A stretch of DNA of 63,624 bases, filler included, from Pelomyxa schiedti (GCA_020536535.1; 11 parts of 11 records of this genome joined end to end with filler, not necessarily neighbours in it), one strand, 5' to 3'; positions 12,559 to 25,780 are shown, numbered from the whole stretch's first letter. Notes: generated by a model not told the origin, from the sequence alone. Program-made: numbers and translations.

Positions 12559-13146
12559 TCCTCAAATGGAGGGTTCACCAATTCTGCGAACCCTCCATTG
12601 GCCACTGGCTTCTTCGTTGACTTGCATATCTAGGTCGTGTGTATCCCATGAACCACGGAGAACGTGATCTGAAAAAGAAAAGTTAACAGATCTGATAAAA
12701 GGAAAAAAACAAAAAAATTGCCCACATTATTTTCGTGTATGTGTACAACACATTCGGGTGGTAATAGTACCGTCGATCTACCCCGTTGCGGTACAGCGGC
12801 ACCCAGGCCCCTCTCTGTGCGTTCCCCCGCACCCTTTTGCAATATGTTAACGGTTTACAGTCAAGCGGCAACTATGGGAGGATAGAAGACAGGACACCTC
12901 GTCCGATAGAAACATTCAACGCGGACTTAATTACGAAAGTAGCCAACACGTCGATGAATCCATTGGTTCTGCGCGAGTGGGTCGGACGTCATAAAACGGA
13001 GTGTATCAAGTGGGACGTAATCTGGGCATGGATAAATGCGGATCCATCGACCTATTTGTCGAGTTATGTATCTCGTGCTAGTAATGGTCGGTCTATTTTA
13101 CTCTGAATTCGAAATAACATGGCAATTAGGCACAGTGAAAATTCCG

Positions 13147-14536
13147 ATGCCAGTAGTATCTCCTGGAGCAACTTCTCTTTCCGTCGGTTCTGTGAATGCG
13201 TCTACTTCATCTCTTGACCCTTTTCCAGTAAAAGGTTGTAAGCTTAACCCTTTCTTGCTTCTTCATGCAGCTTTCTTGTTTCGATTTTGCATTTGCACTG
13301 AAAGCTTGTGCCATTGTTCCGGGTCAGAATATCACTGGCTCTGCTCTGCTCACTGAATTCACATTGTTTTTTTGCATAAACCTGACCATCACTAGCAAGA
13401 TCTGGTTTTCCTCCAGGAGCTCGGGGAATCTTGGAATCCCTTGGATTGGTATCCTACGCTTCTATCTGTGGCTCAGTTCAAAACAGTCTCCCAACACCTA
13501 TTGGTAATCCAACATTTTTCCTCTCTTATGCCGTACTCACTTCAAATCAAGATTGGAGGCCACCAGTGGAGATTCTTGCTGCAACTACTTCTTTCTTCTC
13601 TACAAAACCCCTGTTAAATGACATTAAAGTAATTGGGAAAATCAACATTGTTGGTGACCTTCATGGCTGCCTGGACTCCCTCTTTAGGTACCGAAAAATT
13701 CCTCTCTTGAAATAAGTGACACAAGTGCAGTGCACTAAATTCGGGCGGCCTTCCAGCTCAAGATAATATTTGGCTGTTCAATGGTGAGCCTCCATTTTAT
13801 AGCCAATATAATTTACCTGGTTGCAGGAGACTTTGTTGATCGTGGGCCATATAGCATGCAAACATTGGAAGCCCTATGCCAACTTGTGATGAGATATCCG
13901 GGCTGCGTTTTCTTAAACAGGGGCAATCATGAATGTCCGTCCATAAACATGGGCTATGGGCATTGGCAAAGCCTAGATAAATTTGGCCCACACAAGCAAG
14001 ATGTCTGGCAGGCTTGCTTAAAGTTGTACCCCTGTTTACCTTTGGCTTCCTTGGTCCAGTTCCCCAGTGGCATGCAGATCTTCGTCGTGCACGGAGGAAT
14101 TTGTGAGAATCTCTCAATACATAATATCGCAACAGTACCCCGGGTCGAGGAACCAGGTATATGTTCATTGCCTGTAGAGGATTATGCTTACCGTTTTTGC
14201 ATACCAGTGGGTAATCACCCCGTGGAAAATTTACTCTGGAACTCTCCTGGAGAGCACGCGAAGGGAATGATGAGCAGTGTCAGAGGAGCAGGGGCACTAT
14301 GGGGCACAGAAGTGACATACAACTTCCTGGCTGCGAACCACGCCACCTATATAGTGAGGAGTCATGATTCGGTGGAAAACGGCTTCTCTCTATGCCACTA
14401 TGACAGAGTCCTGACAATATTCTCAGCCTCTGTTCAGTGTGAAAAGCCAGCCTTTCTTCAGGTAACTGATCAACCGAACTACCAGTACAACTTCAAAAGG
14501 AGCTGGCAGGTAATCCCGATCACAAACAACGCATGA
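13147..14536 (+). CDS. Ser/Thr protein phosphatase (PPP family), divergent; start uncertain
   Basis: GDLHG, GDFVDRG, RGNHE, VHGG and RSH motifs across exons. Confidence 0.92.
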
Positions 14537-15022
14537 ACTTCATGACGTTCACACCACAATCACCAGCCAACAAAGTGTAAGTAAAAAAAAAGTGTGGAAC
14601 TTTTTTCCAAGACTTTTCTTTTGTTTCCCTCAAGGAAACAAGGGCATATTTTTCCACTGCACCGTATTACATGATACTTCTCTGCGCGGACTGGAGATAC
14701 CATCCAGAGCGGAATCGCTTCCAGTTCTGGCCTGTCAACACACGGAAATTTTTCTTCTGGGCGGGACAAATCCCTGAAGGATAGAGACCCCCGGATAGAG
14801 ACCCCCTGTCGCATGCTGGTTGAGGGGTACTCTGGCCTCCTGTTGTGACACAGGCCCTCTCTGAGCCTCCCTCTTGGGGTCTACTAACGAAACTGTTACT
14901 CTTTTGAGCAGCATGAACATGGCTCAAAAAGTCTCTTCCAAGAAAAGTAACGGACAAAATCCACTGAAGAAACACTTTTAAGACAACGACAATTTCTTCA
15001 CGATTAATTTTTTCGAACCAAC

Positions 15023-17318
15023 ATGGCAAGCACCACTACGAGCACACCAACGACCGAGTACGAACGAGCACGAGCACTGAGGCAGGAACAAATCAACGCC
15101 CTGCCGATTGGAGATCTCTCGGCTGTGCCTGAGGTGCACCGATTGGGCCCCGCCATCACCCAGAGGGAGTATTTGATAGATGGCAGGCTGGACACGTGGC
15201 CCGGTGCCATGCAGGAGATCGTGTCGCCCGTAATTGTGGGAGGCAAGCCCGTAGTCATTGGCTCTGTTCCCATGATGGACTCAGCAACGTCGCTATTGGC
15301 TCTCGATGCTGCTGCCAGAGGCAATTTTCTATTTCCATTCCTCCCTTTTCTCCTTCTTTTGTTTGTTCCCTCTAAAATCACCACTCACATCGAGTACGTT
15401 AGCATGGGGAAATGGCATGGGAGTATGGCCTGCGATGCCTATTTCCGGACGTATTGCTTGCATGCAAAAGTGTGTTTCTTTAATGAAGGCACAACGGGAC
15501 AGGTTAGTGGAAGTAGAGATACTTTTGAACTCTAAAATGTTGTTAGAGTGGTCAACCTGTTGATGTGGGAAATTGGAAAAAATCTCGGCGACTCCCAGCG
15601 TGAATTTGACAGAACAATTGAGTATATCATTGACACTATTGATGCCTTGAAAGACTTGGACCGTGTGAGCAGCAGGTTTTCCATCTCTCAAGGTTCCTTC
15701 TTCTCTTTTTCTTTTTGTAGTTTGACGTTTTAACTAAATACAAGGTATCATTGGGCAAATCCGACGCTCTCCACTGGGAGTTGTTCTGTGCATGGCTCCT
15801 TTCAATTATGTATCTGTCCAAGTTCTCCCTTGGATTTGCTTCTTAACCCCCTTTAGCCATTCAATGAACTGTTCACCACTCTTATACCAGCACTTATAAT
15901 GGGGAACACTGTTATTTGCAAGGCATTTTCCCCTCCAAATATCTCTTTGTTTACGTTCTTTCAGCCAGCAAAGTTTGGTATTCTGATCCACCAGCCACTC
16001 TTGAATGCCTATCGAGAGAGCTTCCCACCTGGGGTTCTAAACTTTGTTTATGGTGACGGGCCTGTTGTTGTTGGCCCTCTTATGACGTCTGGTACTTTGC
16101 TCCTTCTTTCTATTCAAGTGGTGAACTCTATCTCCAGGTAGGGTCGACGTGTTAGCCTTCATTGGCAGCAGCAAGGTTGCAAACATTCTCAAAAAGCAGC
16201 ACCCCAGACCCCATCATTTGCGCTCTGTTCTGGGCCTTGAAGCTAAGAACCCTGGTACCCCAAATTCAAAATCTTTCTCTCGGTAATATCTTGCCCAGGC
16301 ATCATTCTTCCAGATGCCGATCTCGCCAACGCCGTAAAGGAGTGTGCCCTAGGTGCATGGTCCTTCAATGGGCAGCGTTGCACTGTAAGTTGCATTTTTT
16401 TCCCCCAAGACTTAGGGATTGTTAGGCTATTAAAATTATTTTCGTGCATGAATCGATTGCTGAGACTTTTGTCAGTATGCTTACAGCGGCTGTAGAGAGT
16501 TTAAAGCCCGGCCTTCCCTGGAGTGCTGGAGCACAGTTGACCCCTCTCCCAGAGCCTGGTTTCTTTCTCTTTCACTGGTTACCTCGTACTAATGACTGTA
16601 AGGAAAACCAAAATGGATGGCTGACTACGTGAATGATGCTGTTGCCAATGGTGCACGAGTGGCGAATCCCTCCGGTGGGGTAGGCAACGAGACTTTCTTC
16701 TTCCCAGCCATACTTTATCCAGCTTCCCTCAAGATGAAGTGCGACTCATTCCTCACTTCTGAACTGTTACAAACTGACCCCCAATCTAATTTAGGATTTG
16801 CCATGAAGAACAGTTCGGACCTGTAACTCCAGTTTGCACATTCTCAGACATAGCGGAACCCCTTAAGTTTATTGCTGACAGCAAGTACGGGCAGGTTAGG
16901 TTTCCTCCTTCTCGGCCATTTTTTCACATTTTCACAGCAAGTAAGCGTCTTTGGTAAGGACACTGACAAGTTGTCCACCTTAATTGATGGTCTCGTCACA
17001 CAGGTTTATCTCCCTTGAAACAACAGTCCCTCATTTACCTCTCACCAGACCTGCCGTGTTAACATAAACTGCCAATGCCAGCGTGGCCCAGATACCTTCC
17101 CCTTCACAGGGAGGAAGGACTCTGCTGAGGGTACTTTGAGTGTATCTGATGCTCTTCGCGTTCTTAGTATAAGGTTTTGCTTTACCTTTGTGGTTGTGTC
17201 TAAAACCTCTTCCAGAACCCTAGTGGCCACAAAGGCAACCCCACAAAATGAAGGGATTGTCACGGAGATTATCCATTCCCGGAAATCCAAATTCCTCAAC
17301 ACGGACTTTATCTTTTAA
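15023..17318 (+). CDS. gapN: Aldehyde dehydrogenase, bacterial-type NADP-dependent non-phosphorylating GAPDH (GapN-like), many introns
   Basis: [87 protein letters not shown]. Confidence 0.85.
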
Positions 17319-17792
17319 CCTCTACCCTCCCTGACAACACCAACTTTTCTTCCGTCTTGGAAAAGTTGGTTTTAGCGTTGATACCGTGCCAACAATAAAA
17401 CACTTTTTCTTTTTGAATTGAAAGATACTGATGATTTTGAGCCAAAATGTTGGGGATAGTGCTGGAAAGACACCTGCTATCGGCAATAAAAAGTAAAAAA
17501 GAAAGTAAACAGAGAAGTAGAAACAGTTTTTTTTTTGTTTGAAAAACGGCCTCCTAGCAAAGGAATATTTGCAAGAGACCGCACCACGCTTTGCGGGTGT
17601 AAACAGTTAGAAAAACTGTCTTGCGACACAAATGATGTCCACTTGTAAAAAGGTTGAATTTCTATTTGGAAGGTCGTCGATTATAAACGTCGCCTTCGGG
17701 ATTTGAATTGTGGGACCTGTGCTAAAACGTACTCTGGGCTTCCTAGTGTTGGTACCGTGTGCTGTAGTTTGTTACGGAAAAACTGCGTGGTA

Positions 17793-18948
17793 TTATTGTC
17801 TCTTTGAAAAAATGAATTGCGTGTGGCTGGAGAACGTTTTTCCAGGAGAAAGAACAGTGGAAGGGAAAGTGGGGTGGTTAATAGAATCTGCTAGGTGCTA
17901 GAGACAAAGTGAGGTATGCATTGTAATAAAAAATCAGTTATACCTGCGTTTCCAAGCACAGTGCATAGCGCCTAGTATAAGGCCTGCTACTCTTAGTTCC
18001 AACAGGAGAATCCAACCAATTTCCAGTGTAAAGGTGTACACAAGGCTCAGATGTGACCACTTCCATCACAAGGCCCGACTCCGGATCCTCCAAAACAGCA
18101 TCGGGACCAGCCTTGGGCTCGTCCAGTATGAAAGAGTGGTCATACCCATTTCCAAGAACAAGCTGCTCACACGAAGCGTCGTTGATTCTTTCGCCAATAG
18201 CACGTGGCCGGGAGAAGAAATCAAGGGGCGTCCCTTGAACCGGCAGAATTTCGCCGGTTGGAATCATGTCGGCCGAGACCGGCGCGAAACGGGATCCGCG
18301 GACGGCCAGTGTGTGTCCCATAATGTCGCGGCCGCCGTTCTCTCCGTGCAAGTTAAAGTAGGTGTGGTTCGTCAAGTTGATGGGCGTGGCCTTTCCCTGC
18401 GCCATCGCCTTGTATTCTATGTTGAGGAAGTCTTTCCTCCCACCACCCGACGTCTCGTTCCCAACAGTGTACGTGACGTCTACGGTCAGCTCTCCAGGGT
18501 AGCCCTCGTCGCCGTCGCGCGAAACCAGCCTCATAGTCACAGACGACGCGGTCTCGCGGATGCACGTCCACGGCAGCTTGTCGAATCCCACGTTGCCGCC
18601 GTGCAAATGGCACGGGACGCCGCCCGACTCGGAGTTGGTGGCCAGGACGTAGCGCACGCCGTCGAGCTGGAACTCGCCCTTGGCGATGCGGTTGCACACC
18701 CGCCCCACCGTGGTCCCCAGGAACGGCTTGCCGTTGTGGGCGATGTAGTCGGCGAGGGTGGCGAACCCCAGCACGACGTCGACGGGGGCGGTGGAAGGGG
18801 AGACGTCGGGGACTAGGCTGACGAGGATGGCGCCGTAGTTGGTGACGAGGGCCCGGGTGTTGGACGACGGGGACGTGAGGGTCCACAGGAATATTGGCGC
18901 ACCTGACACTGTGCCCCACTCCTGCTTATTGGGTGCTGTAGCAGCCAT
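17793..18948 (-). CDS. galM: Aldose 1-epimerase (galactose mutarotase), 2 exons
   Basis: GRVCNRIAKG, HLHGG, DGDEGYPG, NLTNHTYFNL, GYDHSF, YTGN, LCLETQ; final exon HLADSINQPHFPSTVL. Confidence 0.95.
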
Positions 18949-19195
18949 GGTTTGTCCGCTCAAAAGGTGCAACGGTTCAATTTTTGGTTTTTTTCTTTAC
19001 TTTTCTACCAGAGCTGCAGTATTCCCGCTCCAAGAAAAGAGATATGGGAAGCAGGAGCCAATAAGCTGGCGGGGAGTGCTGCGAGCAGTGGAATTTCATG
19101 GGGAACTTCAACGGTGTTGCAATCTTCTGGGCCTTAAAGAGAAATTTTTCAAACGGTGTTTTTCTTTTCATTTTTTTTGCAAACAACCACCTACG

Positions 19196-21160
19196 ATGCT
19201 GTCAGCTTGTTACTCCGCTCTTCAGACACGCTCGTTGTTGAGTGCTGCTGTTCTTCGCCGACCCGCGTCTTCTTGCGCGGTACAGTTCTGCTTTTTTTTT
19301 TTCTTTTTTTTTTTAAGTACAACAAAACCACTCTGTTGGTAGTTGATAACGTAGGTATTTAGTGGTCCAGGCCAATGCAACAAGCTGACCCCGAGTTGTG
19401 GAAAATTATGCAGAAAGAAGAATACAGGCAGAAGTCTGGTCTCGAGATGATTGCTTCTGAGGTGGGCTTTCCCCTCCGATTCTTTTTTTTTTTTTTTCCC
19501 TCCTTATTCTTTTTATCCTATGCACCTTACAAGGACATAGAACTTCTGCTCTCAAGCTGTACGTGATGCCTTGGGTTCGTGCATGACCAACAAGTACTCT
19601 GAGGGATATCCTGGTGCCAGGTAGGCAATTCATTAAAAAAGATACCTGTCTCTTACAAACTATTGCAGGTACTACGGTGGCAACCAATTCATTGATGAGA
19701 ACGAGCGCCTGTGCCAGAAGCGTGCTCTACAAGCTTTCCACCTCGACCCAGAGCAGTGGGGAGTCAATGTCCAGCCATTGTCAGGCTCACCTGCAAACTT
19801 TATTACTTATGTGGGACTCCTTCAGCCCCACGAGCGACTTATGGGTCTCGATCTTCCACATGGTGGACAGTATGTCTCGTCACTTTTTGTCGATACATCT
19901 AATAGACACCTCAGCCTTACACATGGATATATGAGCGCAAAGAAGCGTGTTTCTGCCACCTCAATTTTCTGGGAGTCTATGCCTTACAGGCTTGATGACG
20001 TGTGTCATCTTAGTACTTGACTCACCAGCTTAATTTTGTAAAGGAAACCGGGCTTGTGGATTACAAGAAGCTCCGCTATTTAGCAGGAGTTTTCCATCCC
20101 AAGTTGATTATTGCAGGAGCTACTGCTTACCCACGAAATTATGATTACCCTTCCATGCGCAGCGTGCGTGACTTTTCTTTCTGTTTTCGTTTAAATGCAT
20201 TTGTAGATTGCTGATGAGAATGGAGCCTACCTTATGACGGATATGGCACACATCAGTGGACTTGTTGCTCACAATGTTGTTTCGAACCCCTTCCCTTACT
20301 CGGTATGTCTGCCCAGTCTCGATCGCAGTTAATCATCGTATAATAGGATGTTGTCACAACCACAACCCACAAAACTTTACGCGGGCCTCGTGCTGGCATG
20401 ATCTTTTTCCGCAAGGGGGTCAAGAGCGTGGATGCCAAGACTGGAGAAAGTGAGGTTAAAGTCTAAACCCCAAAAAATAACAACTTTTTAGAGACGCTTT
20501 ATGATCTGGAAGAAAAAATCAATGGTGCAGTCTTCCCAGGAATGCAAGGTGGGCCCCACCAGAACACAATTGCGGGAATCTCCACCGCTCTTTATGAGGT
20601 ACACAACTTTTCCATTCCCCTTTCGCTAACGTTAATAAGGTTATGAGCCCACAATTCAAGGCCTATGCCCACCAAGTAATCCGCAACTGCAAAGTATTGG
20701 CGGATCAGCTTCTTCAACGTGGTTACACTCTCGTCTCTGGTGGGACAGATAACCATCTTGTTCTGCTGGACTTGCGCAACCAGAACATTGATGGTGCCAG
20801 AGTTGAGCGTGTTCTCGAGCACGCCGGTATCACAGTCAACAAGAATGCCGTTCCAGGAGACTTGAGGCCATTTGTCCCCGGTGGACTACGCATTGGTAAT
20901 GTTGTAGCCTCTTGATATTGTCAACTCACCTTGATTCAGGCACTCCTGCCTTGACTACACGTGGTCTTGTGGAATCTGACATGGTTAAGGTTGCTGGATT
21001 CCTTGATCGTGGTATTAAGATTGCTGTTGAGTTGAACAAGGATGTGGACGCAAGTAAGAACCTGAAGAAGTTCTTCGCTCTGGCAGCCAAGGGCAACCCT
21101 GCAATTAGGGCCCTGTGTGAGGAGGTCGAGGAGTTCGCCAACTCGTTCCCTATGCCTTAA
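19196..21160 (+). CDS. SHMT: Serine hydroxymethyltransferase with N-terminal presequence, multi-exon
   Basis: [71 protein letters not shown]. Confidence 0.97.
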
Positions 21161-21845
21161 ACTACCACCAAGCGCCAATACCAATAAGAAAAGACCATCA
21201 CTTTTACGTGCTTTGTTGTGGGTAAACACAAACATAATACCGCTACAAGAATAGGCCAAACATACAACAAAAAAACAAGAAATTTTGGTAGAATAATCCC
21301 ATAATGAACCCGCTGGGAAAATCTGTGCTGGTTTATGGGCCGAGTTTGAGACATTTCTTCGGAGGTTGATGCAATTGAGGTGTGCTCCTTCGACTTAAAT
21401 ACCAAGAATTGTGGAGAATGTCCGTTGGAAACCCAACCACAAACCCAAACAGTTTTCTCGTAAAAAACCCAGTTTAATAACTCCTTCGAAATTTTGCCCC
21501 CGAGGTTGACGATTTCATCGATAATTTGGGGGGCTGATTTTCCTCCGCGAACCTCAACTCAAATGCGTTGTCTCAGGCTCTGCCACCGTGCTCACTGCGA
21601 GCTAATTCCGTGGCTCTTTGACTGCCCATGCCCCTCTGGTGATGTGTGGTTCCCGGCGCACCAAGCGCCGTGGGGCCACGCTCGCCGGACGGGGTGGGGG
21701 TGGCTGGGGGGTCATTTCCCATAGCCCGGTGACAGATCCCACGAGGCGCCGCAGGGGTTCGTTGGGGTTGCACACCTCACAATCATCTCCTTCTTTTTTG
21801 TTTTGTTGTCCACAATCGCCTACAGAAATACTTTTGTGCCAGGAG

Positions 21846-23061
21846 ATGGCGGGGGCCAGTGGCACTAGTATTGGTTGCTGTTGCGCCAAGGTGTCGTCCC
21901 TGTTGGGGTGCGACCGAGTGATGGTGCTTGACGAGGAGTGTTTGGTTACGAAGGTTGCAACAATCGCTGCCGCAGTGGCTGCTGCCAAAAGTGCGACAAC
22001 TACCGTACCTTTGGTAGTCATAGCCGATTTCGACAGGTGGTTTCCCCTGTCCGAATACAGTTACTTATTGACCTTTGTAGAACCCTAACTGCCAAGTACT
22101 ACTATGACAATAATGGGAAACGCCAGGCTGGCAGTAGCACATTTGGTGCAATTGAAAACTGTTCGTATGTGTCTGAGGACTACCGCACACAGTGCCGTAA
22201 AATGCTTGAACACTATATACCGATTGAGCTTGACCCACATATCCCCATTGACGAAAAAACAGCTGCCATGAAAAAGTGGTGGGCTGATGCATACGCACTC
22301 TTAGCAGCACAGGGCTTGAGAAAGGAGTATCTATCAAGTATTGGGACTACTGCCCTGGTGCAGTTTCGAGAGGGTTGTTGGGTTAGTGTTATAAAGACAT
22401 CAAATTGATGTTCTATGTAGTAGTGACTGCGCACAATCCAAGTCTACATACAAATCCAAGATTTTAACAAATTGTAAGCTCACTCCTCTCCAAAAAAGGA
22501 TGCCTCGAGTTTTTCAAATTCCTGGAGGAGCAAAATATACCTTTGTTCATCTTTAGTGCTGGCGTAACTGATGTGATTGAAGCACTGCTTCGCGCAAAAC
22601 TTGGCATTGAACTCCCCCGGAATGCCCACATTATCAGCAATAAAGCTATATGGAACGACGAAGGAGTTCTTGTTGGATTTCAAGGTATACAACCTGTGCC
22701 CTTCCATCACTGTAAAACCAACACATCACTAGATCCTGTAATACACTCTCTGAATAAAAACTGTTTTCGAGTCCTAGAGAGCCACCTCCCCCCAGAACTC
22801 GTCTCCACAGGGGTTGCCTGCCCCAATCCCACGACTCCGTTCCACACACTACTCCTTGGTGACACACTCGGTGATGCCTGCATGTCCCAGTGCCTTGCCA
22901 CAACCTCACTGAGCACCTCCGTGGTTGTACGGTTGTGCTTCCTCTCTGACGATGCAGAGCAACACGCAAAGCAGTACGGAGCTGCATTTGATGTACTTGT
23001 CACTGGCGACGGACCAATTACTGTGGCAATGAACATTGTGAAACACATTCTAAAAGTCTAA
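21846..23061 (+). CDS. Pyrimidine 5'-nucleotidase / NT5C3-like HAD hydrolase; start uncertain
   Basis: VVIADFDRTLT, HYIPIELDP, FIFSAG, IISN, VIHSLNKN, LLGDTLGD. Confidence 0.9.
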
Positions 23062-23195
23062 AAACACGTTTGGTGGACATTTCTTTTTATTTTTGTTTTT
23101 TTTTTCTTGTTAACAAACGGAGCCATTTTCACAGCTGAGAACACCCTAACAAATCCAAATGTGAGCCAAGTAAAGGTGCAATAAGAAAAGGGACA

Positions 23196-24339
23196 CTAAC
23201 TTTCACAAACGTCGTAATTGCATCCCATGGAGCAACGGAATTTCCGGCTAGATGCAGAAAACGTTTTGCATACTTCACACGTCCACATGAATCCAGGGGT
23301 AGGCCATAGTGGATGGGGGTGCCTAGTGACATTGCGTATGCCTATATCCAGGTTAATGAAGACAAGACAAAACATCGTGCTTTTTACCATTAGCATTGAA
23401 GCACCCAAAACATACGTCATAGCTACATATTACACAACGATAAGAGGCCTGCGAAGCTGTGAAAGTTAGTGAAGAATATAGAGGAGGCTAAGACAAACCA
23501 GTTCTGGGGCTCTTGCACAAGCAGCACACCCAGTTGTTGTGGTTAAACATGCAAACCAAAGAATGTGGATGTGAGGCAACAAAGCCGTCGTGTGTTGCCT
23601 GGCCAGTGGCTGGTTGTGCAAAAGGCCCAATTGCCGACATAGGTGGCATGGGGGTATAAGAAGGGAGAGTGGGAATCAGAGAATTCACAGGTGGGTAAAA
23701 AGGCATAGTAGGAGGAGGACATGAGTAGGGCATGGTAACAGGCACATAGACTGGTTGTGTGGGAGTTAGGTTGGTGGTAGGGAAAAGTGGAGGTATAGGT
23801 TGCATCACTGGTCTGCTATAAGTTGTGGGAACAGACGGAATGGTGGGCTGAGTGATTGAGTGTGAGATAATGTTTGTCATGCATTCTTTTTGGGAGTCAA
23901 TGAATAGTGTTAAACACTTTGAGGTACACACTAGAGCATGCATCCCAGTCACATCCTTGTTTGCAATGGTAGCGCGATCCTCCAGGGGAACTCGTGCTAC
24001 ACACATCACATCTCCATCCACCGACAGGGTTAAGCGGTGTGAGGGGATGCGGATGTCGAGGGTGAATGAAAATCTCTGCGCGTATTAAAAAAAAAAAACA
24101 GAATATAAATAGGGAAAAAGGGGCCAACGATAAGCGGCAAAGCAATTATGGCACATATCGTAGTCACACATATCGCACCTGAACGTCATCTGGTCTGAAC
24201 AAAAAAATGTTAAAAAAAAAAAAACCCGTGCAAGGGTCAACAAACCAGCCAAGAAAGATGCCCTGCACGAATCACAAAACCAAGCCGTGGACGTGCGCTT
24301 CAGTTGCAAAGCATGGGAGTGGGACGACACTTGCTGCAT
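23196..24339 (-). CDS. Protein with four Cys/His-rich (ZZ/DC1-like) zinc-finger repeats
   Basis: Repeated HxHxL...WxCDxC...CxxCDYDxCxxC units. Confidence 0.75.
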
Positions 24340-24515
24340 TGTCGTTGTTGTCTATTATTTTGTTGTTTTTTTTTTTTTGATTTCGCAACAACGGTTGTTT
24401 TAACGGCACGAAGAAACTCCAACGCCAGTTTCCGTGGTAAGTATGCTAATTTTTTTCCAATTGGAGCAAAAATAGAACTCAAGTGCCAGCCCACAGGCTT
24501 AAACAAAAGTTTTTT

Positions 24516-25636
24516 TTACAGTCCATTATCAAAAATCCTCATAAAGGCTGGGGTTGTGTGCCTCTTGTTTTGTTGCTTTGATGAAAAGAGAGTAATTAGT
24601 TCAGCAAAAAAGGGAGGAAAAAGCACCCCAAGATCTTGGTCAATGTGTTGCATAACATCGAGAAGCTTTATCTTGTGGCCATCTTCAACTATTTCTTCCA
24701 ACAACTGGAATATTTGGCATGAGCAAAATAGAAAGCGGCGAAGAGATTGCAGATATATTACCATCACAGCGGTATGTATTAGTGCGAGTGTGTGTTCTTG
24801 CTGACTGTCACTTGCTATTTTAGCGGAATCGGAAGAGTCTTCCGTTGGCGGAGATATTGCTCCGGTACCGTCTGTTGTTATTATCTCCAATAAATATTAG
24901 AGGTCAACACAAAGGAAAGGAATGGCGGAAATCGTACCGTTGATTTGTGCGAGTCTACTAACCCTTCCTTAGGCAGAGTTGGGGAAGATAGGGACCGAGT
25001 CTTCACAACAGGTGCCATTGTGTATGGAGGTGTGCTTACACGACTGCCGTGCTCACCTCTGGGAGAGGGTGAAGTTTCTAGGGGATTTGGAGATGGAGAT
25101 GGAGACACTATTACAGCAGGGCCAGTCACCATTGCTGAGCCCTCTGTGAATTTGGCACGGGTGTCAGCCAAGGCCCTGTGAAGGTCCAGGCACCTTGCCT
25201 TTGTGTCTGCGATTATGGCATCCATCTTTGCATTTTCAGATTCCAGAGCTACGATCTCAGCAGTTCGCCTCAATGTTTGGTTTCTGGCCACCAGGGCACT
25301 CATGTTTCCGATCGAACTTGGCAACACTTCCATCGCGTCAGCGAATTGCCTGACTCTCTGCAGCACTACCTTTGCTCGTGCTGTGGCAGTTGATTGAGCA
25401 GAAGGCGGCGTTGTCTTGGCCAATTGTATGGCCTCGTTCAGTGGAGCTGGGGGACATACTCCAGACAAAGAACAAGCTGAAGCAACATGCTCAAGGCACG
25501 CGGTCAATATTTCATCTATGACGCCGATGTATTTCTCTAGCTGTGCGAGGTGTGTTGCTCCCGATGACATTATGAGGAAATTATTAACTGAATCAACTTC
25601 ATTTCCGGAAGCACCCAGAATCAGCTCGGGGAACAT
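24516..25636 (-). CDS. Hypothetical coiled-coil protein, multi-exon
   Basis: 251-aa and 124-aa ORFs linked by plausible introns; no family recognised. Confidence 0.5.
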
Positions 25637-25780
25637 GAGAAAACCCCAGAGGGTTGGGAATACTGGCTAACAACCTGGATTCTCCTGGAAGGGAGTGTCT
25701 AGAGCACTCCCCTCCGCTGGGGGCCTTCAGGGAATAAAATTTGGTTAACAACCCAAGATTTTGATTCGAGAACCCAAGCG

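Noticed and set aside
12630-13106. Possible small gene between the FYVE-like and phosphatase genes
   Set aside because: Splice-like signals exist, but no frame gives a recognisable product
14674-14760. Firm call as U1/U11 snRNA or RNase MRP
   Set aside because: Lacks ACTTACCTG, the U1-70K loop and the MRP GAAAGTCCCC P4 signature; kept only as an unassigned candidate
18034-18816. 260-aa plus-strand ORF
   Set aside because: Antisense shadow of the GC-rich galM gene
21602-22021. 139-aa minus-strand ORF with hydrophobic start
   Set aside because: Antisense to the nucleotidase first exon, which carries the conserved DFD motif
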